In this document: positions 8,028 to 18,029 of the stretch, piece by piece
How positions within the stretch are numbered: position 1 is the stretch's first letter
How the letters are laid out: every line of letters begins with the position of its first letter
Assembly (NCBI GenBank): GCA_964467655.1
Contig: CAYXSN010000010.1
Span: 1 to 61,775 of the forward strand
Direction of reading: 5' to 3'
Origin: an uncultured Candidatus Saccharimonadales bacterium
GTDB taxonomy: Bacteria; Patescibacteriota; Saccharimonadia; UBA4664
Length of the DNA stretch: 61,775 nt
Translations under genes and position numbers: made by a program
Notes under the pieces: model-generated
What the model saw: the letters and a program-made list of their open reading frames with translations, nothing else
Database searches by the model: none
What the model was told of the DNA's origin: nothing

Positions 8028-10058
8028 TTGGCGAAGCGATCATTATTTGGATATTTAGAGGATTCAGGTAGGATAGACGGCCGGGGTGGCCGCGACCTCT
8101 CGGTTCATGAAAAATGGACCGAGAGTATCTTGCCGGCTGATGCTGATGCCGGCCTGACCGAGGGCGAAACCGACCGCCGACCCCTGACGGCCGTAGCAGT
8201 AACCTCAGCTATACTATTGAGCTTATTGGTCTTGAGACTATTTGTGTTGCAGATTATTCAGGGCGAGAACAATCTAGCTGTGGCTGAAGGCAATCGGGTC
8301 CATGAAAGGGTGTCCCGGGCGCCGAGGGGGGTTATTTATGACCGAAACCGTCGTGAGCTGGTGCGCAACCAGGCTAGTTTTGACATCACTGCGGTGCCCC
8401 AGAATCTGCCTCGGGATGATGCTGCTAGGCAACAAGTGTACCTCAAATTGGCGGCGATGATTGGCGTTAGCCCAGCTGAAGTCCAAGACAAAGCCGAGGT
8501 GGCTTGTAAGACCACTGCAAGACCCCTATGCTTACGGAGTCCTTTGCCGGTGCTGGTGGCGGCTGGCGTGTCCAAAGACCAGGCCCTGCTCGTGGAACAG
8601 TCGAGCGCAGAGGTACCAGGTATGGCCCTTGACGTTAATCCTATCAGGCAATACCTAGATGAAGGCCTCCTCTCGGTCTTCTTGGGCTATACTGGCCGGG
8701 TAAATGCCGAAGAAGCCACGACTCACGCTGATTATGGTCCGACAGATCTGATTGGTAAGTTGGGTGTTGAGCTGCAATATGAAAAACAACTCAAAGGCCA
8801 AAATGGTGGCGAAAGAACCGAAGTAGATGCCACAGGTCGTCCTGTAAGGTTGCTTGCCAGTAAGGAACCCCAAGCAGGTAACAGCCTGGTATTATCAATT
8901 GATTTTGAGCTTCAGCAAAAACTGGCAGCTGCTCTTAATGGCCAGATGGTGGCATCGGGGGCCAAGCGGGCAGCCGGTGTGGCTATTCGCCCCCAAACCG
9001 GCGAAGTTTTGGCGGCCGTGAGTCTGCCGAGTTATGATAATAACCTGTTTAGTACCGGTATATCCCAGGCAGACTACGACAGACTGAGAAGCGACGTGGG
9101 CCAGCCTTTGTTTAATAAAGTGGTTTCAGGAGGTTATGCGCCAGGATCGACGATTAAACCTTATGGTGCGGCTGCCGCTTTGCAAGAAGGCATTATTAGC
9201 ACTGCTACAACCATCAATGATACCGGGCTTCTGGTGGTGCCAAACCAGTACGATCCCGAAAAACCCGCATTGTACTATGGCTGGGAGCGCACAAATGGTC
9301 TAGGGCCAGTGAATGTATTGTCGGCTATTGCGCGCAGCTCCGATATATTTTTCTACGAAATTATGGGTGGTTTTACTGACTTCCTGAAATATCTGGGTAT
9401 TGATAAATTGGCCGAATATTACCATAAGTTTGGGCTGGGTGAACGATCGGGCATCGATATACCGGGGGAAATCGCTGGCCGGGTACCAACGAGGGAGTGG
9501 AAGCAGCAGTTTTCAGGCGAGTCCTGGTACCAAGGCGATACCTACAACGTTTCAGTGGGCCAGGGTGATCTTCTGGTGTCACCTCTGCAAATGGCCTTGG
9601 CGACAGCGGCTGTGGCCAACGGCGGTAAGCTGATGCAGCCTTACATTGTTAGCCAGGTGCTTGATGCTGTGACCGGAAAAGCCGATACCACCAAGCCTGT
9701 GGTGCGCCGGGCCGGTTTTATATCAGACGGAAATCTTGAGGTGGTGCGACGGGGCATGTGGATGGCCGTCAATGACTCCTCGGGTACCGCCTGTTGCAAG
9801 ATCAAGGACGAAGTCCCCGTGCAGGTGGCGGCCAAGACTGGCACCGCCGAAACTGTGATTCATGATGCGGGCAAGGACGCCCGCGACCAATCCAAACCAA
9901 ACGCCTGGTTTGAAGCATTCGCGCCGTACAATAATCCCCAAATAGCCATCGTCGTGCTTGTGGAAAACTCTGGTGAAGGCTCACAATTTGCTGCTCCCGC
10001 AGTGCGGGAAACACTCAAGTGGTATTTCACAGAAGGCCCAGGTAAAGCCTATCGCTAG
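8028..10058 (+). CDS. mrdA: class B penicillin-binding protein 2 (elongasome transpeptidase)
   Basis: STIK and KTGTAE transpeptidase motifs with an N-terminal dimerisation domain. TTG start 1 nt after the mreD stop. Confidence 0.9.
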   Translation: MAKRSLFGYLEDSGRIDGRGGRDLSVHEKWTESILPADADAGLTEGETDRRPLTAVAVTSAILLSLLVLRLFVLQIIQGENNLAVAEGNRVHERVSRAPRGVIYDRNRRELVRNQASFDITAVPQNLPRDDAARQQVYLKLAAMIGVSPAEVQDKAEVACKTTARPLCLRSPLPVLVAAGVSKDQALLVEQSSAEVPGMALDVNPIRQYLDEGLLSVFLGYTGRVNAEEATTHADYGPTDLIGKLGVELQYEKQLKGQNGGERTEVDATGRPVRLLASKEPQAGNSLVLSIDFELQQKLAAALNGQMVASGAKRAAGVAIRPQTGEVLAAVSLPSYDNNLFSTGISQADYDRLRSDVGQPLFNKVVSGGYAPGSTIKPYGAAAALQEGIISTATTINDTGLLVVPNQYDPEKPALYYGWERTNGLGPVNVLSAIARSSDIFFYEIMGGFTDFLKYLGIDKLAEYYHKFGLGERSGIDIPGEIAGRVPTREWKQQFSGESWYQGDTYNVSVGQGDLLVSPLQMALATAAVANGGKLMQPYIVSQVLDAVTGKADTTKPVVRRAGFISDGNLEVVRRGMWMAVNDSSGTACCKIKDEVPVQVAAKTGTAETVIHDAGKDARDQSKPNAWFEAFAPYNNPQIAIVVLVENSGEGSQFAAPAVRETLKWYFTEGPGKAYR

Positions 10059-10246
10059 GGTGTTTTGGTTAAGTTGGCAATGTATGACAACATTAACTCT
10101 TGACGTGAACGCTCACATGCGCGAACATGGGTAAGCATCAGTCTTGTGCTGGTCAATACATTACAACATCTGACGACTCGGGGCATTCCCGGGGATTTTT
10201 TTCGCTCAAAATTTGGCAGGCGTGCCAATGATAAGGAGGTACCACA

Positions 10247-10711
10247 ATGGGTACAACAAACGAATTTCATCTTACAGCCGACGGCATCACCGCTCTCAAA
10301 ACTGAGCTGGCTGAGCTGGTTGGTTCAAAACGTAATGAGATTGCCGAAAGGCTCAAAGAGGCCAAGGCGGATGGCGACTTAAGTGAAAACGCAATGTATG
10401 ATGCGGCTCGGGATGAGCAGAGTTTTGTTGAAGGCCGGATCGCTGAGATTGAGCACATCCTCAAGCATGCCACAGTGATAGCTCACAAAAGTAAGGGCGT
10501 TGTAGCCCTGGGTTCAAAGGTGCATGTGGAAGTCGAAGATGGACAACAACACTACGTGATCGTGGGTTCGACTGAAGCCAATCCCGATGAAGGTAAGATT
10601 TCCGACCAGTCGCCAATCGGTCGGGCGCTTATAGGCAAAAAGGCCGGAGATGAAGTGACTATTGACGTTCCATCCGGCTCGATTACGTACGTCATTCGTG
10701 GCATAGAGTAG
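10247..10711 (+). CDS. greA: transcription elongation factor GreA
   Basis: Coiled-coil N-terminus with DLSENAMYDAARDEQ and a C-terminal FKBP-like domain. Strong SD TAAGGAGG upstream. Confidence 0.95.
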   Translation: MGTTNEFHLTADGITALKTELAELVGSKRNEIAERLKEAKADGDLSENAMYDAARDEQSFVEGRIAEIEHILKHATVIAHKSKGVVALGSKVHVEVEDGQQHYVIVGSTEANPDEGKISDQSPIGRALIGKKAGDEVTIDVPSGSITYVIRGIE

Positions 10712-10745
10712 CCTTCTTCGCTATAACAATGGTAAAATTGGCGCC

Positions 10746-12314
10746 ATGACAGCAGCTCGGAGCCAGTATTGGCTTGATCAATTTGTGGTGTCGGTGTTAG
10801 CCGAACACCCCAGTGGTGAAATTCTGGTTTCAAGCGGGATTTCGCCTTCAGCTTCATACCATATTGGGCATTTTCGCGAAGCTCTCACGGCTGACGCGAT
10901 TGCTTGGGCGCTTAGGCGAGAGGGTCGGGTAGCCAAGCATGTGCATGTGGTTGACGACTTCGATCCTTTGCGCAAACGATACCATTTTTTGCCCGAGACT
11001 TTTGAGAGTTTTGTGGGTTGGCCGATTTGTTTGGTGCCCGATCCTTTTGACTGCCACAGTTCCTATGCCCAGCACTATTCAGCCGAGTTCAAAGAGGCGG
11101 CGGCACGTATGGGTGTCGAAATGGAAGTCGTGCATTCGTATGAGGATTTCTATTTAAATGGCCGAATGGCTCCATATATCGAGCGGTCAATTGAGCGCCT
11201 TGAGGTTATTAAGCGGGTGTTTGCTGATGTATCACACCGTGAGGTAGCCAATGATTGGGTGCCGTTACAGATCCTGAGTGATAATAATAGTTTTACTGAA
11301 TGGCGGTTCGAAAAACTTGAGCCAGCTACGAGAACCCTGGTGTACCGAGATGCCCAAGGTGAAGTGGGTAGTATGAAGTACGATGACGGACGCGTCAAAT
11401 TGAATTGGCGGCTGGATTGGCCGGCGCGGTGGGCGTTGCTGGGCGTGGACGTTGAGCCTTATGGCAAAGAGCATGCCACCAAGGGTGGTTCATATGACAC
11501 CGGTGCTGAGTTTGTCGACAAAGTATTTGAGGCTAAGGCGCCTACACCCCTGCCGTACGACACGGTGAACATGGTAGGTGATACTAAGAAGATGAGTTCG
11601 AGTCTCGGTAATCTGGTGACCCCTGGTCAGGCTCTGGAAATTATGCCGCCCGAAATTTTGAGATTTTTTATCCTGCGGTCACTACCAAAGCGAGTCGTGT
11701 ACTTCGATCCAGGCCTTGGTTTGTATAACCTGGTTGATGAGTACGCCAAGCTCGAGGCGGCGGTTGACGGTGGTTTGCATCCGGAGTTTGAACAAGCTTA
11801 TCGAGTGGCGGCAGCTACTGGTGAGCAAAAAGTGATCTCGAGTGTGCCTTTTAACCATTTGGTGAGCGTCTATCAAACAGCACAAGGTGATGTGGCTGTG
11901 GTAAAAACGGTGCTTGAACGGGGCGGCTACCACGATCAAGTAGCTCAGGAATGGCCGGTCATTGAGCGCGAACTAGCTTTTGTGGCACGGTGGCTTACAA
12001 CGTACGCTCCAGATAGTGTGAAGTTTGAGGTGCAGGCAGAGCTGCCTCATGTGGCGTTATCTGACGAACAAAGGCAATTTGTGACAACTTTAGCCGAAAC
12101 TATTGCAACAGAATCAGATTTAAATGGCCAAGGTATGCATGATGCGATTTACGCCGCTAGCCTATCGGCTAATTTGAAGCCAGCACAGGCGTTTACCACC
12201 TTGTACCAATTGATCTTGGGTCAAGATAAGGGTCCAAAGGCTGGCTTTTTCTTGAGTAGCCTCGATCGCCCATGGTTGCTGGAGCGTCTTCAGTCAGCGG
12301 CAGCCAGTTTCTGA
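10746..12314 (+). CDS. lysK: lysyl-tRNA synthetase, class I
   Basis: HIGH motif (SYHIGHFRE) and KMSSS motif (KKMSSSLGN). TGgTAAAAT 10731-10738 lies 7 nt upstream of the ATG. Confidence 0.9.
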   Translation: MTAARSQYWLDQFVVSVLAEHPSGEILVSSGISPSASYHIGHFREALTADAIAWALRREGRVAKHVHVVDDFDPLRKRYHFLPETFESFVGWPICLVPDPFDCHSSYAQHYSAEFKEAAARMGVEMEVVHSYEDFYLNGRMAPYIERSIERLEVIKRVFADVSHREVANDWVPLQILSDNNSFTEWRFEKLEPATRTLVYRDAQGEVGSMKYDDGRVKLNWRLDWPARWALLGVDVEPYGKEHATKGGSYDTGAEFVDKVFEAKAPTPLPYDTVNMVGDTKKMSSSLGNLVTPGQALEIMPPEILRFFILRSLPKRVVYFDPGLGLYNLVDEYAKLEAAVDGGLHPEFEQAYRVAAATGEQKVISSVPFNHLVSVYQTAQGDVAVVKTVLERGGYHDQVAQEWPVIERELAFVARWLTTYAPDSVKFEVQAELPHVALSDEQRQFVTTLAETIATESDLNGQGMHDAIYAASLSANLKPAQAFTTLYQLILGQDKGPKAGFFLSSLDRPWLLERLQSAAASF

Positions 12315-12409
12315 TGGTAATCTTTGCCGTTTAAGCCCGTTTGAAGGTGTGTCCTTTTGGCTTCTTGTAGTCGTTTATTATCTGATGGATGCAGAGTATA
12401 ATGAAGCCC

Positions 12410-13711
12410 ATGATAGACATGCGTGTTCTCAGAGAGCAATTAGACGACGTGAAGGCGGCCGCCCGTCATAAAAACGCCGCAATCACGCCTGAACAAATCG
12501 ATGAAGCCGTAGTTTTAGATGGGCAGCGGCGTGATCTGATGGTGAAGGTTGAGGATTTGAGGCGTCAGCGTAACGAGTTATCGTCGGCTATGAGTGGTAC
12601 CAAGCCGACGTCCGACCAGCTGGTCCAGGGTCGTCAACTGAAACAACAACTGGGTGATCTGGAGACTCAATTAGAACAGGTAGATCAACGGCTGACTGGC
12701 CTGATGAAGCGTATCCCAAACTTGCCGACGGATGATGTACCGATAGGTTCAAGTGAGGATGAAAATCTGGTTGCTAAGACGGTTGGTAATGCGCCTCAGT
12801 TTGATTTTGAACCGAAGAGCCACTGGCAAATCGGTGAAGCCAAGGGGTGGATTGATAAAGAGCGCGCAGCCAAGGTAGCTGGGGCACGTTTTGCTTATCT
12901 CAGAGGTGAGCTGGTGCGCTTGCATATGGCAATGATCTCGATGGCGCTTGATGTTATTACTGACGAAACGGTGCTCAAGCAGATTGCTACTGAAGCTGGC
13001 TTACAAGTAAGTACAAAACCATTTGTACCGGTCTTGCCGCCATTGCTGATTCGGACTGAGCTGTATGACGCTATGGATAGGCTCGAACCTCGCGACGATA
13101 GGTATAAAATTGAAGGCGAGGAATTGTGGCTGCAGGGGAGTGCCGAACACGTGTTGGGTTCGATGCATGCCAATGAGATTTTGCCAGAAGCTGAACTACC
13201 GATCAGATATGCCGGATATGCAACGAGCTTCCGTAAAGAAGCTGGGACTTATGGCAAAGATATGGAGGGCATCATCAGGATGCACCAGTTTGATAAATTG
13301 GAAATGGAGTCTTTGACAACTGCCGAAACATCCTTAGATGAACATCTGTTTTTGATTGCCATTCAGGAGCATCTGATGCAACAGCTGGAATTGCCATATC
13401 GGGTAGTTATGAAATGTACAGCCGATATCGGTAAACCAAATGCCAGAGGCGTTGACATCGATTGTTGGATGCCCGGCCAGGCTAAGTATCGTGAGACCCA
13501 TACAGCTGATTACATGACTGATTACCAAGCTCGGCGGTTGCAAACGCGAGTACGTCGGAGTAGTGGTGAGGTTCAACTCGTTCATACCAACGATGCGACC
13601 GCCTTATCGCAACGGCCTCTCATAGCGCTGCTTGAGAATCACCAGCAGGCTGATGGTAGTATCAAAGTGCCTAAGGCTCTCGCGAAATATTACGGTAAGG
13701 AGGTACTGTAG
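12410..13711 (+). CDS. serS: seryl-tRNA synthetase
   Basis: N-terminal coiled-coil arm and class II core (FRKEAG, TALSQRPLIALLEN). I prefer the ATG at 12410 (MIDMRVLREQ), which lies 7 nt after TATAAT 12397-12402. The ORF is open from 12389. Confidence 0.93.
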   Translation: MIDMRVLREQLDDVKAAARHKNAAITPEQIDEAVVLDGQRRDLMVKVEDLRRQRNELSSAMSGTKPTSDQLVQGRQLKQQLGDLETQLEQVDQRLTGLMKRIPNLPTDDVPIGSSEDENLVAKTVGNAPQFDFEPKSHWQIGEAKGWIDKERAAKVAGARFAYLRGELVRLHMAMISMALDVITDETVLKQIATEAGLQVSTKPFVPVLPPLLIRTELYDAMDRLEPRDDRYKIEGEELWLQGSAEHVLGSMHANEILPEAELPIRYAGYATSFRKEAGTYGKDMEGIIRMHQFDKLEMESLTTAETSLDEHLFLIAIQEHLMQQLELPYRVVMKCTADIGKPNARGVDIDCWMPGQAKYRETHTADYMTDYQARRLQTRVRRSSGEVQLVHTNDATALSQRPLIALLENHQQADGSIKVPKALAKYYGKEVL

Positions 13712-14074
13712 ATGAAAGTAGATATAACTGGCCGGAATTTTGAAGTCGAGGCTAAGCTGCGTTCGTACGTTGAGGAGAAACTTGGTGGGCTTGATAAGTT
13801 TATTGCCCGAAGTGACCAGCAAGCGGCTCACCTTGCTGTGGTGCTCGAAGAAGATGTGAGTGGGCGGGAAGACAACCGGTTTGCGTGTGATGCCGTGTTG
13901 AGGCTGCCCAAACAGCAACTGGTGGCTCGCGAAGGTACCGTTAATATGTTTGCCGCAGTTGATATTGTGGAGGCCAAACTGACAAGCCAGCTTAGCAAAT
14001 ACAAAGCCAAGCACCATGAGGCTGTTCGCCGAGGCAAACTGTTAAGCAAATGGATGGGGCAGACGACTGAGTGA
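13712..14074 (+). CDS. hpf: ribosome hibernation promoting factor / RaiA family (short form)
   Basis: MKVDITGRNFEV...LRSYVEEKL pattern. SD AAGGAGG upstream. Confidence 0.85.
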   Translation: MKVDITGRNFEVEAKLRSYVEEKLGGLDKFIARSDQQAAHLAVVLEEDVSGREDNRFACDAVLRLPKQQLVAREGTVNMFAAVDIVEAKLTSQLSKYKAKHHEAVRRGKLLSKWMGQTTE

Positions 14075-16689
14075 AACGTATCATTGAGAAATTACTGGGT
14101 GACCGCAATGCCCGGGAAGTTAAGCGTGCACAAGCAGCTATCAGTAAAGTAGGTGATCTGGCAGAGGCCTATCGTCAATTGTCTGACGATGCCCTGAAAG
14201 CCAAGACCAGTGAATTCCGGCAAAAGTTAGCCAATGGCACCAAGCTCGATGACTTGTTGCCCGAAGCGTTTGCGGCCGTGCGAGAAGCGGCTGACAGAAG
14301 TATTGGGCAGCGTCATTATGATGTGCAGTTTGTGGGTGGGATCGTTTTGCACCAGGGTAAAATCGCTGAGATGCGCACCGGTGAAGGTAAAACGTTGGTA
14401 GCAACGGCACCGTCGTATCTCAATGCCCTGACAGGCAAGGGTGTGCATGTGGTGACCGTTAACGATTATCTGGCAAGTCTGCACGGTGGCTGGATGGGTA
14501 GGGTCTATCATGCTTTGGGGCTGTCAACGGGTGTAATTGTCCATGATAAGGCCTACGTCTATGATCCTGATTTTGTGAGCGAAGAACACGCCGATGAGCG
14601 CCTTAATAATTTGCGGCCAGTTAGCCGGGCGCAAGCTTACCAAGCCGATATTACCTATGGCACCAATAACGAATTTGGTTTTGATTATTTGCGCGACAAC
14701 ATGGTCGATGATTTGGCCAAAATGGTGCAGCGGCCGCTGCACTATGCCATTGTCGATGAGGTAGACTCCATTCTGATTGATGAAGCTCGAACCCCGCTGA
14801 TTATTTCGGCACCAGCCAATGAAGCCACCGATAAATACTATGAATTTGCCCGGTTGGCTGCCACCTTGTCCCCAGATGAACACTATACGGTTGATGAAAA
14901 GCTCAAGGCTGTTAGCTTGACTGACGAGGGTGTTGAGAAAATTGAGCAGGCCTTGGGAGTTGATAATGTCTATGAAGCTGGCCGTATTGATGACGTTCAC
15001 CACATCGAGCAGGCAGTACGGGCTCGAGGGCTCTACCAGCGTGATAGAGATTACGTTGTCAGAGATGGTGAGATCATTATTGTCGATGAGTTTACCGGAC
15101 GGCTCATGCCCGGCCGGCGCTGGAGTGAGGGCTTGCATCAGGCCGTCGAAGCCAAAGAGGGTGTCCAGATACAACAGGAATCTTTGACGCTGGCCACTAT
15201 TACCTTCCAGAATTACTTCAGATTGTACGAGAAACTGGCAGGTATGACGGGCACGGCTATGACTGAAGCTGAGGAGTTTGGTAAAATTTACCAGCTTGAT
15301 GTGGTGATTATTCCGACAAACCGGCCAATGATCAGGCAAGACTTACCAGATAGGATCTACAAAACAGAAGACGGCAAGTTTCGAGCAGTAGCGGCTGAGG
15401 TGGCCGAACTAAACGCCAAAGGTCAACCGGTTTTGATTGGTACTGTCTCAATTGCCAAAAACGAGCGGCTGAGTCGGTACCTTGATGAGCTAGGGGTACC
15501 GCATCAGGTGCTTAACGCCAAAAACAATGAGGCTGAGGCAGCTATCGTGGCGGCGGCTGGCCACCGGGGTGCAGTAACCCTGGCGACCAACATAGCCGGC
15601 CGGGGTACCGACATCATGCTTGAGGAAGGCGTGGGAGTCCTGGGAGGCCTTCATGTACTGGGAACTGAACGGCACGAAAGCCGGCGTATCGATAACCAGC
15701 TGCGGGGTCGCAGCGGCCGCCAAGGCGATCCCGGCTCGAGCCAGTTCTATGTGTCGCTTGAAGATGATCTGATGAGGATATTCGGATCTGAGCGGCTAGC
15801 CGGGTTCATGGATACGCTTGGTATGGATGATTCGGTGCCGATTGAAAACAAGCTGGTGAGTCGCAGTCTGGAAAGTGCTCAAAAGAAGGTAGAAGGACAC
15901 AATTTTGACACCCGCAAACAGCTGGTAGAGTATGACGATGTCATGAACCGGCACCGGGAAGTAATTTACGCCCGACGGCGCAAGGCGTTGGCCGCTACCT
16001 CTCTGCGGGACGATATTTTGAGTATGATTGATAATCAGGTGGCCAACCAGCTGACAGTGCATACTAACGCCCGCACTGGCGAGATGGATCAAGTAGCTTT
16101 GCGTGAGGCTATCAACAATCTGGTGCCTGTGGATGATGCTCTGGCGGCCGAACTAGCGGCGGCTCATCCCTCCGAAATCCCCGGACTTGTGCGGGCCAGG
16201 GCTGAGGCAACCTATGCGGCGCGTTTGGAGCAGTACGGGTCTGAGGTCATGAGAATGATGGAACGGTACGTCTATGTGTCGGCGCTCGATAGACTGTGGA
16301 TTGACCATCTTGATGCCATGGAGAACTTGCGTGGAGGCATTGGACTGCGGGCGATCGGCCAGCGTGATCCACTGGTAGAATACAAGCGAGAAGGTTACCG
16401 TATGTTTAAGCAATTACTGAGCTTACTTGATGCTGAGATTGCCAGTACAATTTTCAAGATGGTGGTGCGTCAGGAAGACCCACCTGTCGATGCGCCAGTG
16501 GAAACTGCGCTTACTAAAGCTGCCGAGCAGGCGACGGTGCGGGGAGGTTCAACTGATCCAGAGAGCCTAGCGGCGGAGGGCACCGCCCGTGCGGCTGGTT
16601 CCCGGGCTCAAAGACGGGCCAAGGCCACTGGTAGTTTGCCAGTGTCGGCTACCAAGGCCACGAATAAGAAGCGTAAGAAAAGGCGGTAG
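14071..16689 (+). CDS. secA: preprotein translocase ATPase SecA
   Basis: MRTGEGKTLV Walker A, DEVDSILIDEARTPLIIS, TNIAGRGTDI. GTGA overlap with hpf. Confidence 0.98.
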   Translation: MKRIIEKLLGDRNAREVKRAQAAISKVGDLAEAYRQLSDDALKAKTSEFRQKLANGTKLDDLLPEAFAAVREAADRSIGQRHYDVQFVGGIVLHQGKIAEMRTGEGKTLVATAPSYLNALTGKGVHVVTVNDYLASLHGGWMGRVYHALGLSTGVIVHDKAYVYDPDFVSEEHADERLNNLRPVSRAQAYQADITYGTNNEFGFDYLRDNMVDDLAKMVQRPLHYAIVDEVDSILIDEARTPLIISAPANEATDKYYEFARLAATLSPDEHYTVDEKLKAVSLTDEGVEKIEQALGVDNVYEAGRIDDVHHIEQAVRARGLYQRDRDYVVRDGEIIIVDEFTGRLMPGRRWSEGLHQAVEAKEGVQIQQESLTLATITFQNYFRLYEKLAGMTGTAMTEAEEFGKIYQLDVVIIPTNRPMIRQDLPDRIYKTEDGKFRAVAAEVAELNAKGQPVLIGTVSIAKNERLSRYLDELGVPHQVLNAKNNEAEAAIVAAAGHRGAVTLATNIAGRGTDIMLEEGVGVLGGLHVLGTERHESRRIDNQLRGRSGRQGDPGSSQFYVSLEDDLMRIFGSERLAGFMDTLGMDDSVPIENKLVSRSLESAQKKVEGHNFDTRKQLVEYDDVMNRHREVIYARRRKALAATSLRDDILSMIDNQVANQLTVHTNARTGEMDQVALREAINNLVPVDDALAAELAAAHPSEIPGLVRARAEATYAARLEQYGSEVMRMMERYVYVSALDRLWIDHLDAMENLRGGIGLRAIGQRDPLVEYKREGYRMFKQLLSLLDAEIASTIFKMVVRQEDPPVDAPVETALTKAAEQATVRGGSTDPESLAAEGTARAAGSRAQRRAKATGSLPVSATKATNKKRKKRR

Positions 16690-16691
16690 AC

Positions 16692-18029
16692 ATGAAAGTC
16701 ACGAAACGCTACGAGGGTCAGCGGGTCGGGATTGTCGGTTATGGCGTTGAGGGTCGGGCATCATATGATTATTGGCGCTGGCACGGTGCCCAGGTAACAA
16801 TTTTTGATGGTAATGCCCAATTGGCCTTGCCCAACGGTGTCCAGGCAGTGCTTGGCGATCATTATCTTGATAACTTCGATGGTTTTGATCTGCTTGTACA
16901 TTCCCCTGGTATTAGGTCCGACCGCATCAGACAGGCAGTTGGCCCCGGTCCGGCTATTACTTCGGCTACTGCCGAGTTTTTCCGCCATTGCCCAGCAAAG
17001 ATCATCGGTGTGACCGGAACTAAAGGCAAAGGAACGACAAGCACTCTTATCGCCCAGCTGTTGGAAGCTGCCAAGTATAAGGTGTGGCTGGGCGGTAACA
17101 TCGGCCGGCCGGCCCTGGAATTTTTAGACCAGGTCCGTCCTGAAGATCGGGTGGTGCTCGAATTGTCGAGTTTTCAACTGATGAATCTCGAGCAGAGCCC
17201 GGCGTTGGCTGTTTGCTTGATGATAGTGCCTGAGCACTTAGATTGGCATCTTGATGAAGCTGAGTATGTGGCTGCTAAAGGCAACATTACCCGTTACCAA
17301 ACCGCCTCAGACAAAGTAATTTTTCACCCTCACAACGAGTGGAGCCGGCAAGTTGCTGAGTTGTCGGCTGGTCACAGGATACCCTACCTGAAATCACCTG
17401 GAGCAGTTATCAGCGAGGGAACCGTCACCATAGGCAATACCAAGATTTGTGAGACAAAAGCTGTGGGGCTGCTTGGTGCCCATATGCTTGAGAATGTGTG
17501 TGCGGCAGTCACAGCAACCTGGGATTTAGTCCATCATGACGCCCTATTGGTAGCCAAGGTGCTCAAGACTTTTCAGGGTTTGCCGTTACGACTTGAGCCC
17601 ATGGAACGAGTTGATAGCGTGCTCTACGTGAACGATTCATTTTCAACAAATCAATACGCTACCATGGCAGCTCTGGCCAGTTTTGAACAGCCGCCGGTGC
17701 TCGTGCTCGGTGGTTATGATCGTGGTATTGACCTCACACCGATGCTGGTTGCTGTAGCCGAGGCTGCTCCGAGAGGGGTGGTGGTAATCGGTCAGACGGC
17801 GGCTAGCATCCGCCGGGGTTTATATGAAAGAGGATATGACGAGGTTGTTGACGGCGGTACGACCATGACCAATATTGTAGCTGCTGCCCAGAAACTGGCT
17901 CACAAGGGAGATGTGGTTATCTTGTCACCAGGGTGTGCTTCGTTTGATATGTTTAAGAGCTATAAAGATAGGGGAGAGCAGTTCCGTGCGGCGGTTGCGG
18001 CATTGTCAGGCAAGCATGAAAAAATATAA
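16692..18029 (+). CDS. murD: UDP-N-acetylmuramoyl-L-alanine--glutamate ligase (MurD family)
   Basis: Rossmann N-terminal domain, GVTGTKGKGTTS P-loop and Mur ligase C-terminal domain. Confidence 0.9.
   Translation: MKVTKRYEGQRVGIVGYGVEGRASYDYWRWHGAQVTIFDGNAQLALPNGVQAVLGDHYLDNFDGFDLLVHSPGIRSDRIRQAVGPGPAITSATAEFFRHCPAKIIGVTGTKGKGTTSTLIAQLLEAAKYKVWLGGNIGRPALEFLDQVRPEDRVVLELSSFQLMNLEQSPALAVCLMIVPEHLDWHLDEAEYVAAKGNITRYQTASDKVIFHPHNEWSRQVAELSAGHRIPYLKSPGAVISEGTVTIGNTKICETKAVGLLGAHMLENVCAAVTATWDLVHHDALLVAKVLKTFQGLPLRLEPMERVDSVLYVNDSFSTNQYATMAALASFEQPPVLVLGGYDRGIDLTPMLVAVAEAAPRGVVVIGQTAASIRRGLYERGYDEVVDGGTTMTNIVAAAQKLAHKGDVVILSPGCASFDMFKSYKDRGEQFRAAVAALSGKHEKI

Noticed and set aside
10170-10200. Possible terminator after mrdA (CGGGGCATTCCCGGGGATTTTTTT)
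   Set aside because: Only a 3-4 bp stem can be drawn before the T-run, which is too weak to call.
14524-15339. 271-aa ORF antisense to secA. Similar long antisense ORFs occur at 1146-1943 in proS, 5991-6548 in mreB, 22515-22982 in rsmH and 24304-24750 in ftsI.
   Set aside because: All lie entirely inside strongly supported genes on the opposite strand. They have low-complexity or odd composition and no ribosome-binding site or promoter. They are typical shadow ORFs.
17911-18015. Upstream in-frame extensions of ORFs (17911-18015, 19260-19316, 46524-46613, 40941-41024, 5418-5534)
   Set aside because: Each extension overlaps the preceding gene or a regulatory region. Each lacks a ribosome-binding site, whereas a downstream start gives a canonical N-terminus or has an SD or a -10 box.
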